A stretch of DNA of 64,000 nucleotides from Escherichia coli (GTDB lineage: Bacteria > Pseudomonadota > Gammaproteobacteria > Enterobacterales > Enterobacteriaceae). Shown here in pieces: positions 14,855-24,670 of the stretch. The notes under the pieces are model-generated. The model saw only the letters and a program-made list of their open reading frames with translations, was not told the origin of the DNA and searched no databases. The stretch lies in the NCBI RefSeq assembly GCF_030013595.1, contig NZ_CP122768.1. One strand, given 5' to 3'. The position numbers and the translations under genes are program-made. Position 1 is the first letter of the stretch; each line of letters starts with the position of its first letter.

Positions 14855-15024
14855 TATCAATCCTTGATAATTCTGTTTGCGCTATGGTGCATCAATTCCC
14901 CTGACGGAGATATCGCAACACGCCGCTTCATTAAAAATTCAGAATATATCAAGGTATTGGGGACTCACCGTCAGGAATGATTATCCCCAATAAATCAAGT
15001 GGTTAAAAATTATTACGCTGTTAT

Positions 15025-17331
15025 TCAATACAACTCATCAAGTTTTCTCATCGCTTGTTCCCGTATTGCGCGCGTCTTACCGTTAAGCGCCAGCTGCCGA
15101 ACTAAATCCAGTTCAGGGTTAACAAGCTCTAACGCCAGCAAAGGATCACGTTTCAGCCTCGCCTTTAATACATCAACTGGAAAACGGGGATTATTCATCG
15201 CCACAATCCACCACTCGGGATCAATTTCTGCCGCCAGTACTGCAGGCGGTGTGTGGCGGTTGCTAAGTGCGCCGAACTTGAAAAATGTGAGATTGCTTTT
15301 CGCCAGTGTACTCCACCATATACGATCCGGTTGTTTTGCCAGTACATCCAGTTGTGCTAACGCATCGGGGTCTAGTGCATAATATACACGTAACGCTTCG
15401 TTAACCTGCGCACGGGAACTGTTTTCCTGCCTCAGAAAAAACTTCGCCAAAATATCATTGCGTGGCGTGTTTTGCTGTAATTCCTTGAGAACAACAGCGG
15501 GTAAATTATCCCAACTAATTAATGCACTCTCTAAAAAGTCCCAGCCTTCCGAACGTATCAGAGAGGTGGCATTTAATAGCATCTGGTCATCAACTTCACC
15601 GTGGCTAATCAGCTCAGACAAAATCATATCAGCGCTGGTTTCATATGCTGCAGAATCTGCTTTCGGATTATTTTTTCGATGCGATAAAGCGCGATGCCAA
15701 ATTTTTTGTTTCATCGCCGTACTCAGATACTGATTTTTCGCCAGATTACTCCACCCCGCAGGATCGTTGAAACGTGTCAATAACCGTTGTAAAGCGGCGT
15801 CAGAGTGAATTACCTGCATATCCTGACAGCAAAAATAGGCAGGAAATTTTTTCTCCATCTTTTTAACAAAATTAAACTGTAAGTTATCTGGCAATGCTAA
15901 AAATAACACACGTATTAGATCATCGTCATTCTCGAATTTTTGGTGTAAATATACTGCTATTTTGTCACTCTCTTGTGGCGTCATCCGCAACAATTGACCA
16001 TGGTGTTTCATCTCTGCCAGCTTTGACGCTAAGCTTGTGACAACATCGTTTGATGAATCGTTCGCCAACTGCATTGCCTGATTGTAGGTGAGTTGTCCTC
16101 CAGCACCGACCTGACGAATAGAGAAATCATCACTGCGGATATAGCCATCAATAATGGATTCGGGCAATAACCACGCATCTTTATAAAGCTCCTGAATGAT
16201 CATATCCCAATCTCTTTTCGCCAGAGTCATGACGATATCCAGAGGGAGATTTTCACGTAGCGCAAGATTCAACGGACCGACACCATCAGGTAGATGACTC
16301 ATTCGCGTCATTATTTCGACAGAGAGCGGTTCACGGTCGAGCAACCCCAGAACAACAGGCTGGTAACCCAATTGCTGATCGGTCAACTCCAGAATCTCAT
16401 TGTCAGGCATATATCTCGCCATACTTGCAATCGTTTGTCCATCATTGCTATTAATAAGTTGTTTGCGTAGGTTAGCTGAAATTCCTTTAAGCCTTGGGAG
16501 AGTTCGCATTACGGCAAGATCAAATGTCGCAATGTCTCGTCCTTCAAATGCAGCAACTTTGCCTTCATCCAGCATTTGCAATTCCTGCACTAACTCAGGA
16601 GAAGGCTTAGGGCGAAACAGCGCTTCTTTTTTCATCTGATTACAGACATTCCCTGCCATGCGAATATTGCTTCGCTTAAAAATTTCTTTCAGAGCATCTT
16701 CATCATTTATTAGGCCCCAATAATATGCATCAGGATTTATTATCGCCAGCGCTTTTTTGACATTTTCAGTGTCATTTTTGTCACTCGCACGGACCATGAA
16801 TTCACTATTTGTCGAAGACGCAACAACAGGTGCAATTATGTCATTGATAAATATCCCACGCGCATTAATACTCCCCTTAATCGTAGACGGATTATCGTAA
16901 TATGAGTCGATAAATACCAGTCCACTTGCATTTATCGAACCGGTAATTAACAGTGGTGAATCCGTAACTATATTCGTTGCCGTCACATCACCGAGAATAA
17001 CCCATGGATTAGAAAGAGAGAAAGTGGAAATATTACCTTTGACTGTCAAATTGCCAAGAACAATCAATTTTTGATTACTCTCTATATTACCTTCTACCAC
17101 TAAATCGCCACGATGCACTTTCCAGTCCGATGCAGATAAACCGAAGGGGACAAGATTCACGCTACTGTTGATAGCTTGTTCAACTTGTTGTTTATCTTCA
17201 GCGGTAGCCGCAGAAAAAAATGGTTCAATATCAACTGCATTTGCAACACATCGAAGTTCCGCCTGTACTGGAAGACTCAGCATAAACAGGGGAAGTAAAC
17301 CTATCCAGCTGCAAATCCTGGGCTTAAACAT
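15025..17331 (-). CDS. ydbD: large secreted protein YdbD (beta-helix-like N-terminal region, helical-repeat C-terminal region)
   Basis: 768 aa from MFKPRICSWIGLLPLFMLSLPVQA (signal peptide). Synteny next to ynbA. Confidence 0.85.
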   Translation of the reverse strand: MFKPRICSWIGLLPLFMLSLPVQAELRCVANAVDIEPFFSAATAEDKQQVEQAINSSVNLVPFGLSASDWKVHRGDLVVEGNIESNQKLIVLGNLTVKGNISTFSLSNPWVILGDVTATNIVTDSPLLITGSINASGLVFIDSYYDNPSTIKGSINARGIFINDIIAPVVASSTNSEFMVRASDKNDTENVKKALAIINPDAYYWGLINDEDALKEIFKRSNIRMAGNVCNQMKKEALFRPKPSPELVQELQMLDEGKVAAFEGRDIATFDLAVMRTLPRLKGISANLRKQLINSNDGQTIASMARYMPDNEILELTDQQLGYQPVVLGLLDREPLSVEIMTRMSHLPDGVGPLNLALRENLPLDIVMTLAKRDWDMIIQELYKDAWLLPESIIDGYIRSDDFSIRQVGAGGQLTYNQAMQLANDSSNDVVTSLASKLAEMKHHGQLLRMTPQESDKIAVYLHQKFENDDDLIRVLFLALPDNLQFNFVKKMEKKFPAYFCCQDMQVIHSDAALQRLLTRFNDPAGWSNLAKNQYLSTAMKQKIWHRALSHRKNNPKADSAAYETSADMILSELISHGEVDDQMLLNATSLIRSEGWDFLESALISWDNLPAVVLKELQQNTPRNDILAKFFLRQENSSRAQVNEALRVYYALDPDALAQLDVLAKQPDRIWWSTLAKSNLTFFKFGALSNRHTPPAVLAAEIDPEWWIVAMNNPRFPVDVLKARLKRDPLLALELVNPELDLVRQLALNGKTRAIREQAMRKLDELY

Positions 17332-17354
17332 ATGCACTCCATGCCATTAAAAAA

Positions 17355-18072
17355 GAATAAATATCCTCCGGCATAGCCGGAGGTTTTTCAAATGCGCCTG
17401 TAAGGCTCTGTTACCAGCCGCGCCCTAACAGGCGCATACGATCTGACATTTGCATTCAACTTCGTTACTTACGGCCCGTAAACGGGCTGCCCGGATATGG
17501 AATCGATAACTGCTCCCCCATTTTATCCTCTTCAAGCTGGTGCTTTATGTAGTCCTGTATCTTCGCCGTGTTCTTACCCACCGTATCGACATAGTACCCT
17601 CGGCACCAGAACTCCCTGTTTCTGTATTTGAATTTCAAATCCCCAAACTGCTCGTAAAGCATCAGACTGCTTTTCCCTTTCAGATATCCCATAAAGCCGG
17701 ATACGCTCATTTTGGGTGGGATTTCCACAAGCATATGGATATGATCTGCGCAGCACTCTGCTTCCAGAATCCGTACGCTTTTCCACTCACACAGCTTTCT
17801 CAAAATACTGCCTATCGCCCTACGCTTCTCTCCGTAAAACGCCAGTCTTCGGTATTTCGGCGCAAAAACTATGTGATATTTACAGTTCCAGCGGGTGTGC
17901 GCTAAGCTCTTTTCGTCCCCCATTGGGACCCCCTTTTGATTTCTTGTTTGACACTTGCAGTTGCCAGACCGCAAGGTGTTTTAACAAATCAAAAGGGGTT
18001 TTAATAACTGGCTCAAAGCTGAAAGCTTTCCGGAACCCCCAGCCTAGCTGGGGGTTTTCTGTGCACAAATAA
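17355..18072 (-). mobile_element. IS200 copy (IS200/IS605 family); ends approximate (about +/-20 bp)
   Basis: Contains an IS200 tnpA. Subterminal hairpins AACCCCCAGC-cta-GCTGGGGGTT (18037-18059), ATGCGCCTGT...ACAGGCGCAT (17392-17433) and CCTCCGG-cata-GCCGGAGG (17363-17381). Size about 0.7 kb, as expected for IS200. Confidence 0.8.
17465..17923 (-). CDS. tnpA: IS200 Y1 (HUH) transposase TnpA
   Basis: 152 aa, MGDEKSLAHTRWNCKYHIVFAPKYRR...HIHMLVEIPP...YYVDTVG. HUH motif HIHML and catalytic Tyr region. Near-identical to Salmonella IS200 TnpA as I recall it. Confidence 0.95.
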   Translation of the reverse strand: MGDEKSLAHTRWNCKYHIVFAPKYRRLAFYGEKRRAIGSILRKLCEWKSVRILEAECCADHIHMLVEIPPKMSVSGFMGYLKGKSSLMLYEQFGDLKFKYRNREFWCRGYYVDTVGKNTAKIQDYIKHQLEEDKMGEQLSIPYPGSPFTGRK

Positions 18073-18102
18073 AAAACCGCAACCTGTATCAGCGTTGCGG
18101 TT
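18068..18102 (-). terminator. rho-independent terminator downstream of paaY
   Basis: Minus strand: AACCGCAAC-N10-GTTGCGGTT followed by TTTTATTT. Confidence 0.7.
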
Positions 18103-18145
18103 TGTGTATCACATGCTAAAAATTAGAACGTCCAGCATCAGGACG

Positions 18146-18736
18146 TTACTGTTTCGGTCGCAGATTCTCATCAAATACCAGGCGCTGCCTGCCAGGTTCA
18201 ACTTCCCGCAATGGCTCGACTTGATGTAACGTCTGCTTACAGCGTGTCACCAGCACCTGGTACTCATGCGCACCCTGCTTTTTCCATGCCAACTCCTGCT
18301 CACTGAGTTCACGAATCGCTTTCGCCGGGCTGCCGACAATCAGGTAATTAGCTGGCATTTCTGCTTTGGCTTTCACAAATGCGGATGCGCCAACAATGCT
18401 GTTCTCGCCAATCACCGCACCGTCTATCACTACCGCGTTCATTCCCACTAATGCATTGCGGCGGATAATGCAGCCGTGAAGGATAGCGCTATGACCAATA
18501 TGTCCATCTTCTTCCACGACAGTATCCTGCTCGGGAAAACCGTGCATAACGCAATTATCCTGAATGTTCGCGCCATCTTTCACCACGATACGACCAAAAT
18601 CGCCACGCAGGCTGGCATTTGGCCCAACGTAAACACCCTTGCCGAGAATAACATCGCCGATCAATACCGCTGTCGGATGAACAAAACTCTCTTCTGGCAC
18701 AACCGGAGTCAGACCGTCTATCTGATAAATTGGCAT
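18146..18736 (-). CDS. paaY: hexapeptide-repeat thioesterase/acyltransferase PaaY (orphaned)
   Basis: 196 aa, [29 protein letters not shown]..., left-handed beta-helix repeats. Recognised as PaaY. Confidence 0.9.
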   Translation of the reverse strand: MPIYQIDGLTPVVPEESFVHPTAVLIGDVILGKGVYVGPNASLRGDFGRIVVKDGANIQDNCVMHGFPEQDTVVEEDGHIGHSAILHGCIIRRNALVGMNAVVIDGAVIGENSIVGASAFVKAKAEMPANYLIVGSPAKAIRELSEQELAWKKQGAHEYQVLVTRCKQTLHQVEPLREVEPGRQRLVFDENLRPKQ

Positions 18737-18867
18737 AACGCGTCCTGTTCAATATTCAAGCCGCCAAAACGTTGAAAATACAGGCTTCCCGGCGCAGGCA
18801 GTTCACCGACCGAGGTTTCACCTTTTTCACTAACGAACGCTAAAGCAGCAGGCGCTACGCGCTGATA
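18718..18867 (-). pseudogene. paaX: 3' remnant of paaX (last ~49 codons)
   Basis: Minus frame ...[49 protein letters not shown] matches the PaaX C-terminus as I recall it. Upstream residues are unrelated. The stop overlaps the paaY start, as in the paa operon. Confidence 0.7.
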
Positions 18868-18870
18868 AAG

Positions 18871-19077
18871 TTTGCCGATAAAGGTTTGGTGGTCGCGCAA
18901 TATATTCGTAACCGTCGTCTCGATTTTTGTGCTGATGCGATTCGCCATGCCGCAGATGATGAAAAACTGGCAGGTATTGGCTTTCATTGGGGATTTTCCG
19001 ATCAGAGTCATTTTTCAACGGTATTTAAGCAACGCTTTGGGATGACGCCAGGCGAGTATCGACGTAAATTCCGCTAA
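18871..19077 (+). pseudogene. feaR: 3' remnant of feaR (AraC-family HTH, last ~68 codons)
   Basis: Plus frame FADKGLVVAQYIRNRRLDFCADAIRHAADDEKLAGIGFHWGFSDQSHFSTVFKQRFGMTPGEYRRKFR* is an AraC C-terminal HTH signature. It is convergent with ydbL as feaR is in K-12. An in-frame stop lies at 18841. Confidence 0.7.
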
Positions 19078-19248
19078 CTAATTCGCGTTGCATGTACAGC
19101 AACGCGAATTAGTTAAAACAGATATTTGACTATGCATTTTTCAGGGCGAAAGGCAATTTGACAGGAATTTTTGAATATTCACCTTGTTTCCGGAAAATAG
19201 AATAATCGCCTTCTCCTGTAGCGTTATCCCGATATTGCGGTTTTGCTA

Positions 19249-19575
19249 TTAAAATTTTCGCACCCATTTACCGTTTATCCCTTGTACATATTCCCCCGGT
19301 TTAGCCCGAGCTACGAGCTTTTGCCCGGCGAGTTTCGCGATATCATCTACCGAGACATTATTTTGCTTTGCCAGTTGTTGGTAACTCGCTTTACGTTCGG
19401 CATTAATGTCGTTTACTAATTTCTCTGTTTCAGCATCTGTTTTCAGCGCAACCAGATAACCATAAAATGTTTCCCCTACCCGCCCCTGAGTTCTGGCTTC
19501 ATCCAGAGTCAATGCCATTACATTGCTGCTTACAAGCCCAACAAGAAACGCACAAAGAAGTAATGTTTTCTTCAT
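19249..19575 (-). CDS. ydbL: periplasmic DUF1318 protein YdbL
   Basis: 108 aa from MKKTLLLCAFLVGLVSSNVMA (signal peptide). Operon with ydbH-ynbE. Confidence 0.9.
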   Translation of the reverse strand: MKKTLLLCAFLVGLVSSNVMALTLDEARTQGRVGETFYGYLVALKTDAETEKLVNDINAERKASYQQLAKQNNVSVDDIAKLAGQKLVARAKPGEYVQGINGKWVRKF

Positions 19576-19582
19576 CATCGCC

Positions 19583-19768
19583 TCAGAAAAGATCGCTACG
19601 AGTCTCAAGCAGCTCTTCGACATCTTTGTCTGCCTTGATGATGATCTCATGCTCAATTTTAACGTTCATATTGATAGTGATCGGTTCCTTAGGTGCAGCG
19701 ACTTCAATGCGAGGCGTACAGCCAACCAGCATAAAAGATGACGTCAACGCAGCCAGTAAAATTTTCAT
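19583..19768 (-). CDS. ynbE: small lipoprotein YnbE
   Basis: 61 aa, lipobox MLVGC. Its ATG overlaps the ydbH stop. Confidence 0.9.
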   Translation of the reverse strand: MKILLAALTSSFMLVGCTPRIEVAAPKEPITINMNVKIEHEIIIKADKDVEELLETRSDLF

Positions 19769-22404
19769 TGTTTTTCCTCACACTCTTTTCCTTGCGGACA
19801 GTCATTTCCCGGCAGACGTGCGTTCTGCTCCAACCATGCCTGGAGATTATCGCCAAAGCGTAAACTGCGCCACAGCGTAAAAATATTCTCTTCATGATGG
19901 TAATTAAGGTTTACCGTACCGCTTTTACCATCAACGCGACTGGTACCTGTAATGTTGGCCTGCATGGTTAATAAACCGAGATTATCTAAGTTAATTTTTG
20001 TCGATGAACGGCTAATTTCCATATAGCGCAACCAGTTAATTGCTGAACCCGCAGTCATATTATCTTTTACCACCGCATCAGCAGTGTCTTTATCCAGCCG
20101 CAAGGTCATTGGCCCACTATTTGCCAGCCAGCCATCTTTCACTATCCATTTTTCATTGTTTAGCCATAACGGCAATGCACCACTAAATGCCCCGGACATG
20201 GCGAATTGTTTCGGATTGACGGCGCTAACCAGTTCGCTGGATGAGAGATTATTCAGCCGCAACAGCGCCGGGTCATGTTGCGGCATGCGTAATTGTTTCA
20301 TCAGCACGTTACCGCCTAACACATCGACGCTAACATCAGTCAACAGCAATGGTTCTTCTTCTGTCCACGGATAGCGCCCTTGCAAATCAGCCGTAATATT
20401 TTTCGCTGTCACCAGATTAATCACTTCGGCAATTCGCAACGTAACGGGGCCGCGAGTCCCCAGATGCCAGGCTCCATCGGCAAAACGGAAAGGCAGGACA
20501 AAATCGACACCGTTAACCTGATTATCTGGCATCCAGGCACTACCGCCTTTCAACACGCCGTGCCCTCCCGCGCGGAATCCTTGTTCAGGCGCAGCAGAAA
20601 ATGCAACCTGAGCATACAGTTCACCATCGCGTAAGTTCATCTTCCAGTCGGGTGGCACCAGCGGCTGGAATACAGTCAGTGATTGTTTAGGCCACCAGGC
20701 GTTACCGCGCAGACGAATACCGTCCCAGCGACCATTTACCCGAACCGGGCCAATCTCACCAGCATGTAAATCGCCTTTAAAGAGGAAATACGTCGGATCG
20801 CGTCCATCGACGCTAAATTTTAAGGTTGATGGCGGTAACACACTGCCGCCAGTGAACAGCGTTTGCCCGGCGTCCAGTGACAGCGCGCCGCTAAAGGAGG
20901 GATGCTGTGCGTCACGTACCCAGACGACGGGCTTGTCGAGAATTAGTCGCGGCTTTTCTACCGTCATCGTACCGTATTGTAACTGGTCGAAACCGGTGGA
21001 GAGATCGGTCAGCGTAATCGTGCTGTCATGCCACTCACCCTTTCCTGCGACATCCCAGGTGGCATTCATCGGTGTAAAACTGCCTTTTCCCCAGTAGCGC
21101 CACTGCCAGCGGCCAGCGTCAGGGAGAAAATCATTCGCCAGTCCATCCATATGCAGCACGAAATCGCCCAGTTCATTTTCATGCGCCTGCAAAATGGCCT
21201 GCAAACGTCCGTCAACACCACGTTGGGTGACTTTTACACCCGCTAAAGGCCAGCGGATTTCATCGATGTCCAGCGAATCAATGACTCTTCCCTTTGAACG
21301 AAGTAACGCGCCAGGCTCAAAGGCCAGCGTTGGGTCAGTCAGACTTCCGCTTAGCTTCGCAGGTAAACGGGCATATAAAATGAGGTCCGCCTGTTTCGCT
21401 TCACCGGTCAGCTGCAGAGGCAGCTGGCTGTTATCCATGCTTAATTTTCCTGGGCCAAAATTAAGCACCGCGTTGCCTTTACCCGCTTGCCCCTGGGTCA
21501 GCACACTCAGTCGTCCGCTGACCAGAGCGTTCTCGAGCCCTGCCTGCCAGTTGTCGACTTTGACACCCAGTCTGCCACTCAAAGGAAAACCTGCATACGG
21601 CCAGCTCCAGCGACCATCGCTTACAGTCAATTGTTGGCGAGTAATTTGCCACGGCAAATCGAGCAACGGATCGCCATTATCCCGTGCCAGCACAATCAAT
21701 TGCCCGCTATTTTCCTGCCAGTCCAGCTCGGCATCCACCAGTGAAGGCTCCTGCGGCAAGTTTAACGTCGCAGTAGCATGACCACTTACCGGAAGTCCAT
21801 CCGGCACGAGCGGCATAGTAAATTCCCCCACCAGTTTTATCGGTGGCTGATTTTCAAACGCGGCGACATTCAGTTCGCTGACTGTAAGTTGTTGCCCTTT
21901 AAGCTGGCCTTGAAATTTAACTTTTTCGCCCTGATAACGCAGTTGCTGGATATCAGAGGTTAACGCGAGAGAGAGTTTTCCCTGCCACTCCTGCCAGGGA
22001 GAAAAAATCAGTTTATCGATATTGATCCAGGTGTTAGGCAACATGGCCTGCCACTGCGCGAGGGTTTTTGGAGCGGCAGGCGATTGCTCCGTCTGCGGCA
22101 ATTTCGCCAGACAAGCAGAATCAAGTTCTACCGTGCCGACGTTCAATAACCAGCGGCTCGGATGTGAAAGGCTGGCGTTGGTGATATGCGCAAGCTGACA
22201 ATCTCCCACCAGATAACGGAGATCGGGAATGATTAAACCTTTACGCGTAATGCGTGGGCTTTCATCTAATGCAATACGTGTCCCGAGCGGTAGCCAGATG
22301 CCCGCCAGCGTGGGAACCCACAAGCCGAGCGTCATCAGCAGCGTCAACGGCACAAGAATAATCAGTAATAACAGCGCGAGAACGGCTTTATATTTACCCA
22401 GCAT
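19765..22404 (-). CDS. ydbH: AsmA-like envelope protein YdbH
   Basis: 879 aa, N-terminal TM anchor (AVLALLLLIILVPLTLLMTLGLWV). Recognised sequence. Confidence 0.9.
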   Translation of the reverse strand: MLGKYKAVLALLLLIILVPLTLLMTLGLWVPTLAGIWLPLGTRIALDESPRITRKGLIIPDLRYLVGDCQLAHITNASLSHPSRWLLNVGTVELDSACLAKLPQTEQSPAAPKTLAQWQAMLPNTWINIDKLIFSPWQEWQGKLSLALTSDIQQLRYQGEKVKFQGQLKGQQLTVSELNVAAFENQPPIKLVGEFTMPLVPDGLPVSGHATATLNLPQEPSLVDAELDWQENSGQLIVLARDNGDPLLDLPWQITRQQLTVSDGRWSWPYAGFPLSGRLGVKVDNWQAGLENALVSGRLSVLTQGQAGKGNAVLNFGPGKLSMDNSQLPLQLTGEAKQADLILYARLPAKLSGSLTDPTLAFEPGALLRSKGRVIDSLDIDEIRWPLAGVKVTQRGVDGRLQAILQAHENELGDFVLHMDGLANDFLPDAGRWQWRYWGKGSFTPMNATWDVAGKGEWHDSTITLTDLSTGFDQLQYGTMTVEKPRLILDKPVVWVRDAQHPSFSGALSLDAGQTLFTGGSVLPPSTLKFSVDGRDPTYFLFKGDLHAGEIGPVRVNGRWDGIRLRGNAWWPKQSLTVFQPLVPPDWKMNLRDGELYAQVAFSAAPEQGFRAGGHGVLKGGSAWMPDNQVNGVDFVLPFRFADGAWHLGTRGPVTLRIAEVINLVTAKNITADLQGRYPWTEEEPLLLTDVSVDVLGGNVLMKQLRMPQHDPALLRLNNLSSSELVSAVNPKQFAMSGAFSGALPLWLNNEKWIVKDGWLANSGPMTLRLDKDTADAVVKDNMTAGSAINWLRYMEISRSSTKINLDNLGLLTMQANITGTSRVDGKSGTVNLNYHHEENIFTLWRSLRFGDNLQAWLEQNARLPGNDCPQGKECEEKQ

Positions 22405-22611
22405 GGGTAGTTAATATCCTGATTTAGCGAAAAATTAAGCATTCAATACGGGTATTGTGGCATGTTTAACCGTTCAGTTGAAGGTTGCGCCTACACTAAG
22501 CATAGTTGTTGATGAATTTTTCAATATCGCCATAGCTTTCAATTATATTTGAAATTTTGTAAAATATTTTTAGTAGCTTAAATGTGATTCAACATCACTG
22601 GAGAAAGTCTT

Positions 22612-23601
22612 ATGAAACTCGCCGTTTATAGCACAAAACAGTACGACAAGAAGTACCTGCAACAGGTGAACGAGTCCTTTGGCTTTGAGCTGGAATTTTT
22701 TGACTTTCTGCTGACGGAAAAAACCGCTAAAACTGCCAATGGCTGCGAAGCGGTATGTATTTTCGTAAACGATGACGGCAGCCGCCCGGTGCTGGAAGAG
22801 CTGAAAAAGCACGGCGTTAAATATATCGCCCTGCGCTGTGCCGGTTTCAATAACGTCGACCTTGACGCGGCAAAAGAACTGGGGCTGAAAGTAGTCCGTG
22901 TTCCAGCCTATGATCCAGAAGCCGTTGCTGAACACGCCATCGGTATGATGATGACGCTGAACCGCCGTATTCATCGCGCGTATCAGCGTACTCGTGACGC
23001 CAACTTCTCTCTGGAAGGTCTGACCGGCTTTACTATGTATGGCAAAACGGCAGGCGTTATCGGTACCGGTAAAATCGGTGTGGCGATGCTGCGCATTCTG
23101 AAAGGTTTTGGTATGCGTCTGCTGGCGTTCGATCCGTATCCAAGTGCGGCGGCACTGGAACTCGGTGTGGAGTATGTCGATCTGCCAACCCTGTTCTCTG
23201 AATCAGACGTTATCTCTCTGCACTGCCCGCTGACACCGGAAAACTACCATCTGTTGAACGAAGCCGCCTTCGATCAGATGAAAAATGGCGTGATGATCGT
23301 CAATACCAGTCGCGGTGCATTGATTGATTCTCAGGCGGCAATTGAAGCGCTGAAAAATCAGAAAATTGGTTCGTTGGGTATGGACGTGTATGAGAACGAA
23401 CGCGATCTGTTCTTTGAAGACAAATCCAACGACGTGATCCAGGATGACGTGTTCCGTCGTCTGTCTGCCTGCCACAACGTGCTGTTTACCGGGCACCAGG
23501 CATTCCTGACAGCAGAAGCACTGACCAGTATTTCTCAGACTACGCTGCAAAACTTAAGCAATCTGGAAAAAGGCGAAACCTGCCCGAACGAACTGGTTTA
23601 A
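22612..23601 (+). CDS. ldhA: fermentative D-lactate dehydrogenase
   Basis: 329 aa. NAD-binding GVIGTGKIG. D-2-hydroxyacid dehydrogenase family. Confidence 0.95.
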   Translation: MKLAVYSTKQYDKKYLQQVNESFGFELEFFDFLLTEKTAKTANGCEAVCIFVNDDGSRPVLEELKKHGVKYIALRCAGFNNVDLDAAKELGLKVVRVPAYDPEAVAEHAIGMMMTLNRRIHRAYQRTRDANFSLEGLTGFTMYGKTAGVIGTGKIGVAMLRILKGFGMRLLAFDPYPSAAALELGVEYVDLPTLFSESDVISLHCPLTPENYHLLNEAAFDQMKNGVMIVNTSRGALIDSQAAIEALKNQKIGSLGMDVYENERDLFFEDKSNDVIQDDVFRRLSACHNVLFTGHQAFLTAEALTSISQTTLQNLSNLEKGETCPNELV

Positions 23602-23711
23602 TCTTGCCGCTCCCCTGCATTCCAGGGGAGCTGATTCAGATAATCCCCAATGACCTTTCATCCTCTATTCTTAAAATAGTCCTGAGTCAGAAACTGTAAT
23701 TGAGAACCACA

Positions 23712-24134
23712 ATGAAGAAAGTAGCCGCGTTTGTTGCGCTAAGCCTGCTGATAGCGGGATGTGTAAGTAATGACAAAATTGCTGTAACCCCAGAACAGCT
23801 ACAGCATCATCGCTTTGTGCTGGAAAGCGTAAACGGTAAGCCCGTGACCAGCGATAAAAATCCGCCAGAAATCAGCTTTGGTGAAAAGATGATGATTTCC
23901 GGCAGCATGTGTAACCGCTTTAGCGGTGAAGGCAAACTGTCTAATGGTGAACTGACAGCCAAAGGGCTGGCAATGACCCGTATGATGTGCGCTAACCCGC
24001 AGCTTAATGAACTCGATAACACCATTAGCGAAATGCTGAAAGAAGGTGCACAAGTGGATCTGACCGCGAACCAGTTAACGCTGGCGACCGCGAAACAGAC
24101 ATTAACTTATAAGCTGGCGGATTTAATGAATTAA
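23712..24134 (+). CDS. hslJ: heat-inducible lipoprotein HslJ (META domain)
   Basis: 140 aa from MKKVAAFVALSLLIAGC (lipobox). Confidence 0.9.
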   Translation: MKKVAAFVALSLLIAGCVSNDKIAVTPEQLQHHRFVLESVNGKPVTSDKNPPEISFGEKMMISGSMCNRFSGEGKLSNGELTAKGLAMTRMMCANPQLNELDNTISEMLKEGAQVDLTANQLTLATAKQTLTYKLADLMN

Positions 24135-24397
24135 TAGCTGCCACAGCTCCCGGCGGCAAGTGACTGTTCGCTACAGCGTTTGCCGTTGGGTAATGCACAC
24201 ATCCCAATCGCCGTACCATCCAGTTGACGGGCAACAGAAAGCGAACCGCCGATCATTGCACAACTTGCTTCTCCACTACTGGACATCGACGCTTTTAAAC
24301 CTGGCGCTACGTGCGCCGCAGTCGCCTGCTGAACAGGTTCACTACTACACGCCGACAATAATAAAGCGGCACACCCTACCCAAAACGCTGCTCGCAT
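24131..24397 (-). CDS. ydbJ: DUF333 lipoprotein YdbJ
   Basis: 88 aa, lipobox LLSAC. Convergent overlap with the hslJ stop. Confidence 0.85.
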   Translation of the reverse strand: MRAAFWVGCAALLLSACSSEPVQQATAAHVAPGLKASMSSSGEASCAMIGGSLSVARQLDGTAIGMCALPNGKRCSEQSLAAGSCGSY

Positions 24398-24670
24398 CTT
24401 TTCTTCCTCTGATCTTCAAGCCAAACGACACCGCCATAAATAATAGGCAGCACAGAGGGCGACGTCGAGAGCTGTCCTGCGCGTTGCCCCGCATTTTTAC
24501 TTTTTTATGGCTATTTTTTTGCCCTCTGTTTGATCAAAACATTCATTACGCTGATGTGGGGGACACAAAAGCGAAAATGCAGAAGAAAGCCATTTGCTAA
24601 AATTGAAGGATTACTACTGGGCGCGCAGCAATTTCGTGCGCCCCTCATTTGCGCAATGTAAGGGTGTCAT

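Noticed and set aside
17540-18072. Plus-strand ORFs (121 aa, 118 aa) inside IS200
   Set aside because: They are antisense to tnpA. IS200 is known to encode a single protein.
23609-23631. Hairpin after ldhA as a rho-independent terminator
   Set aside because: The 9-bp stem (GCTCCCCTG..CAGGGGAGC) is good, but no U-tract follows, so I did not call it as a feature.
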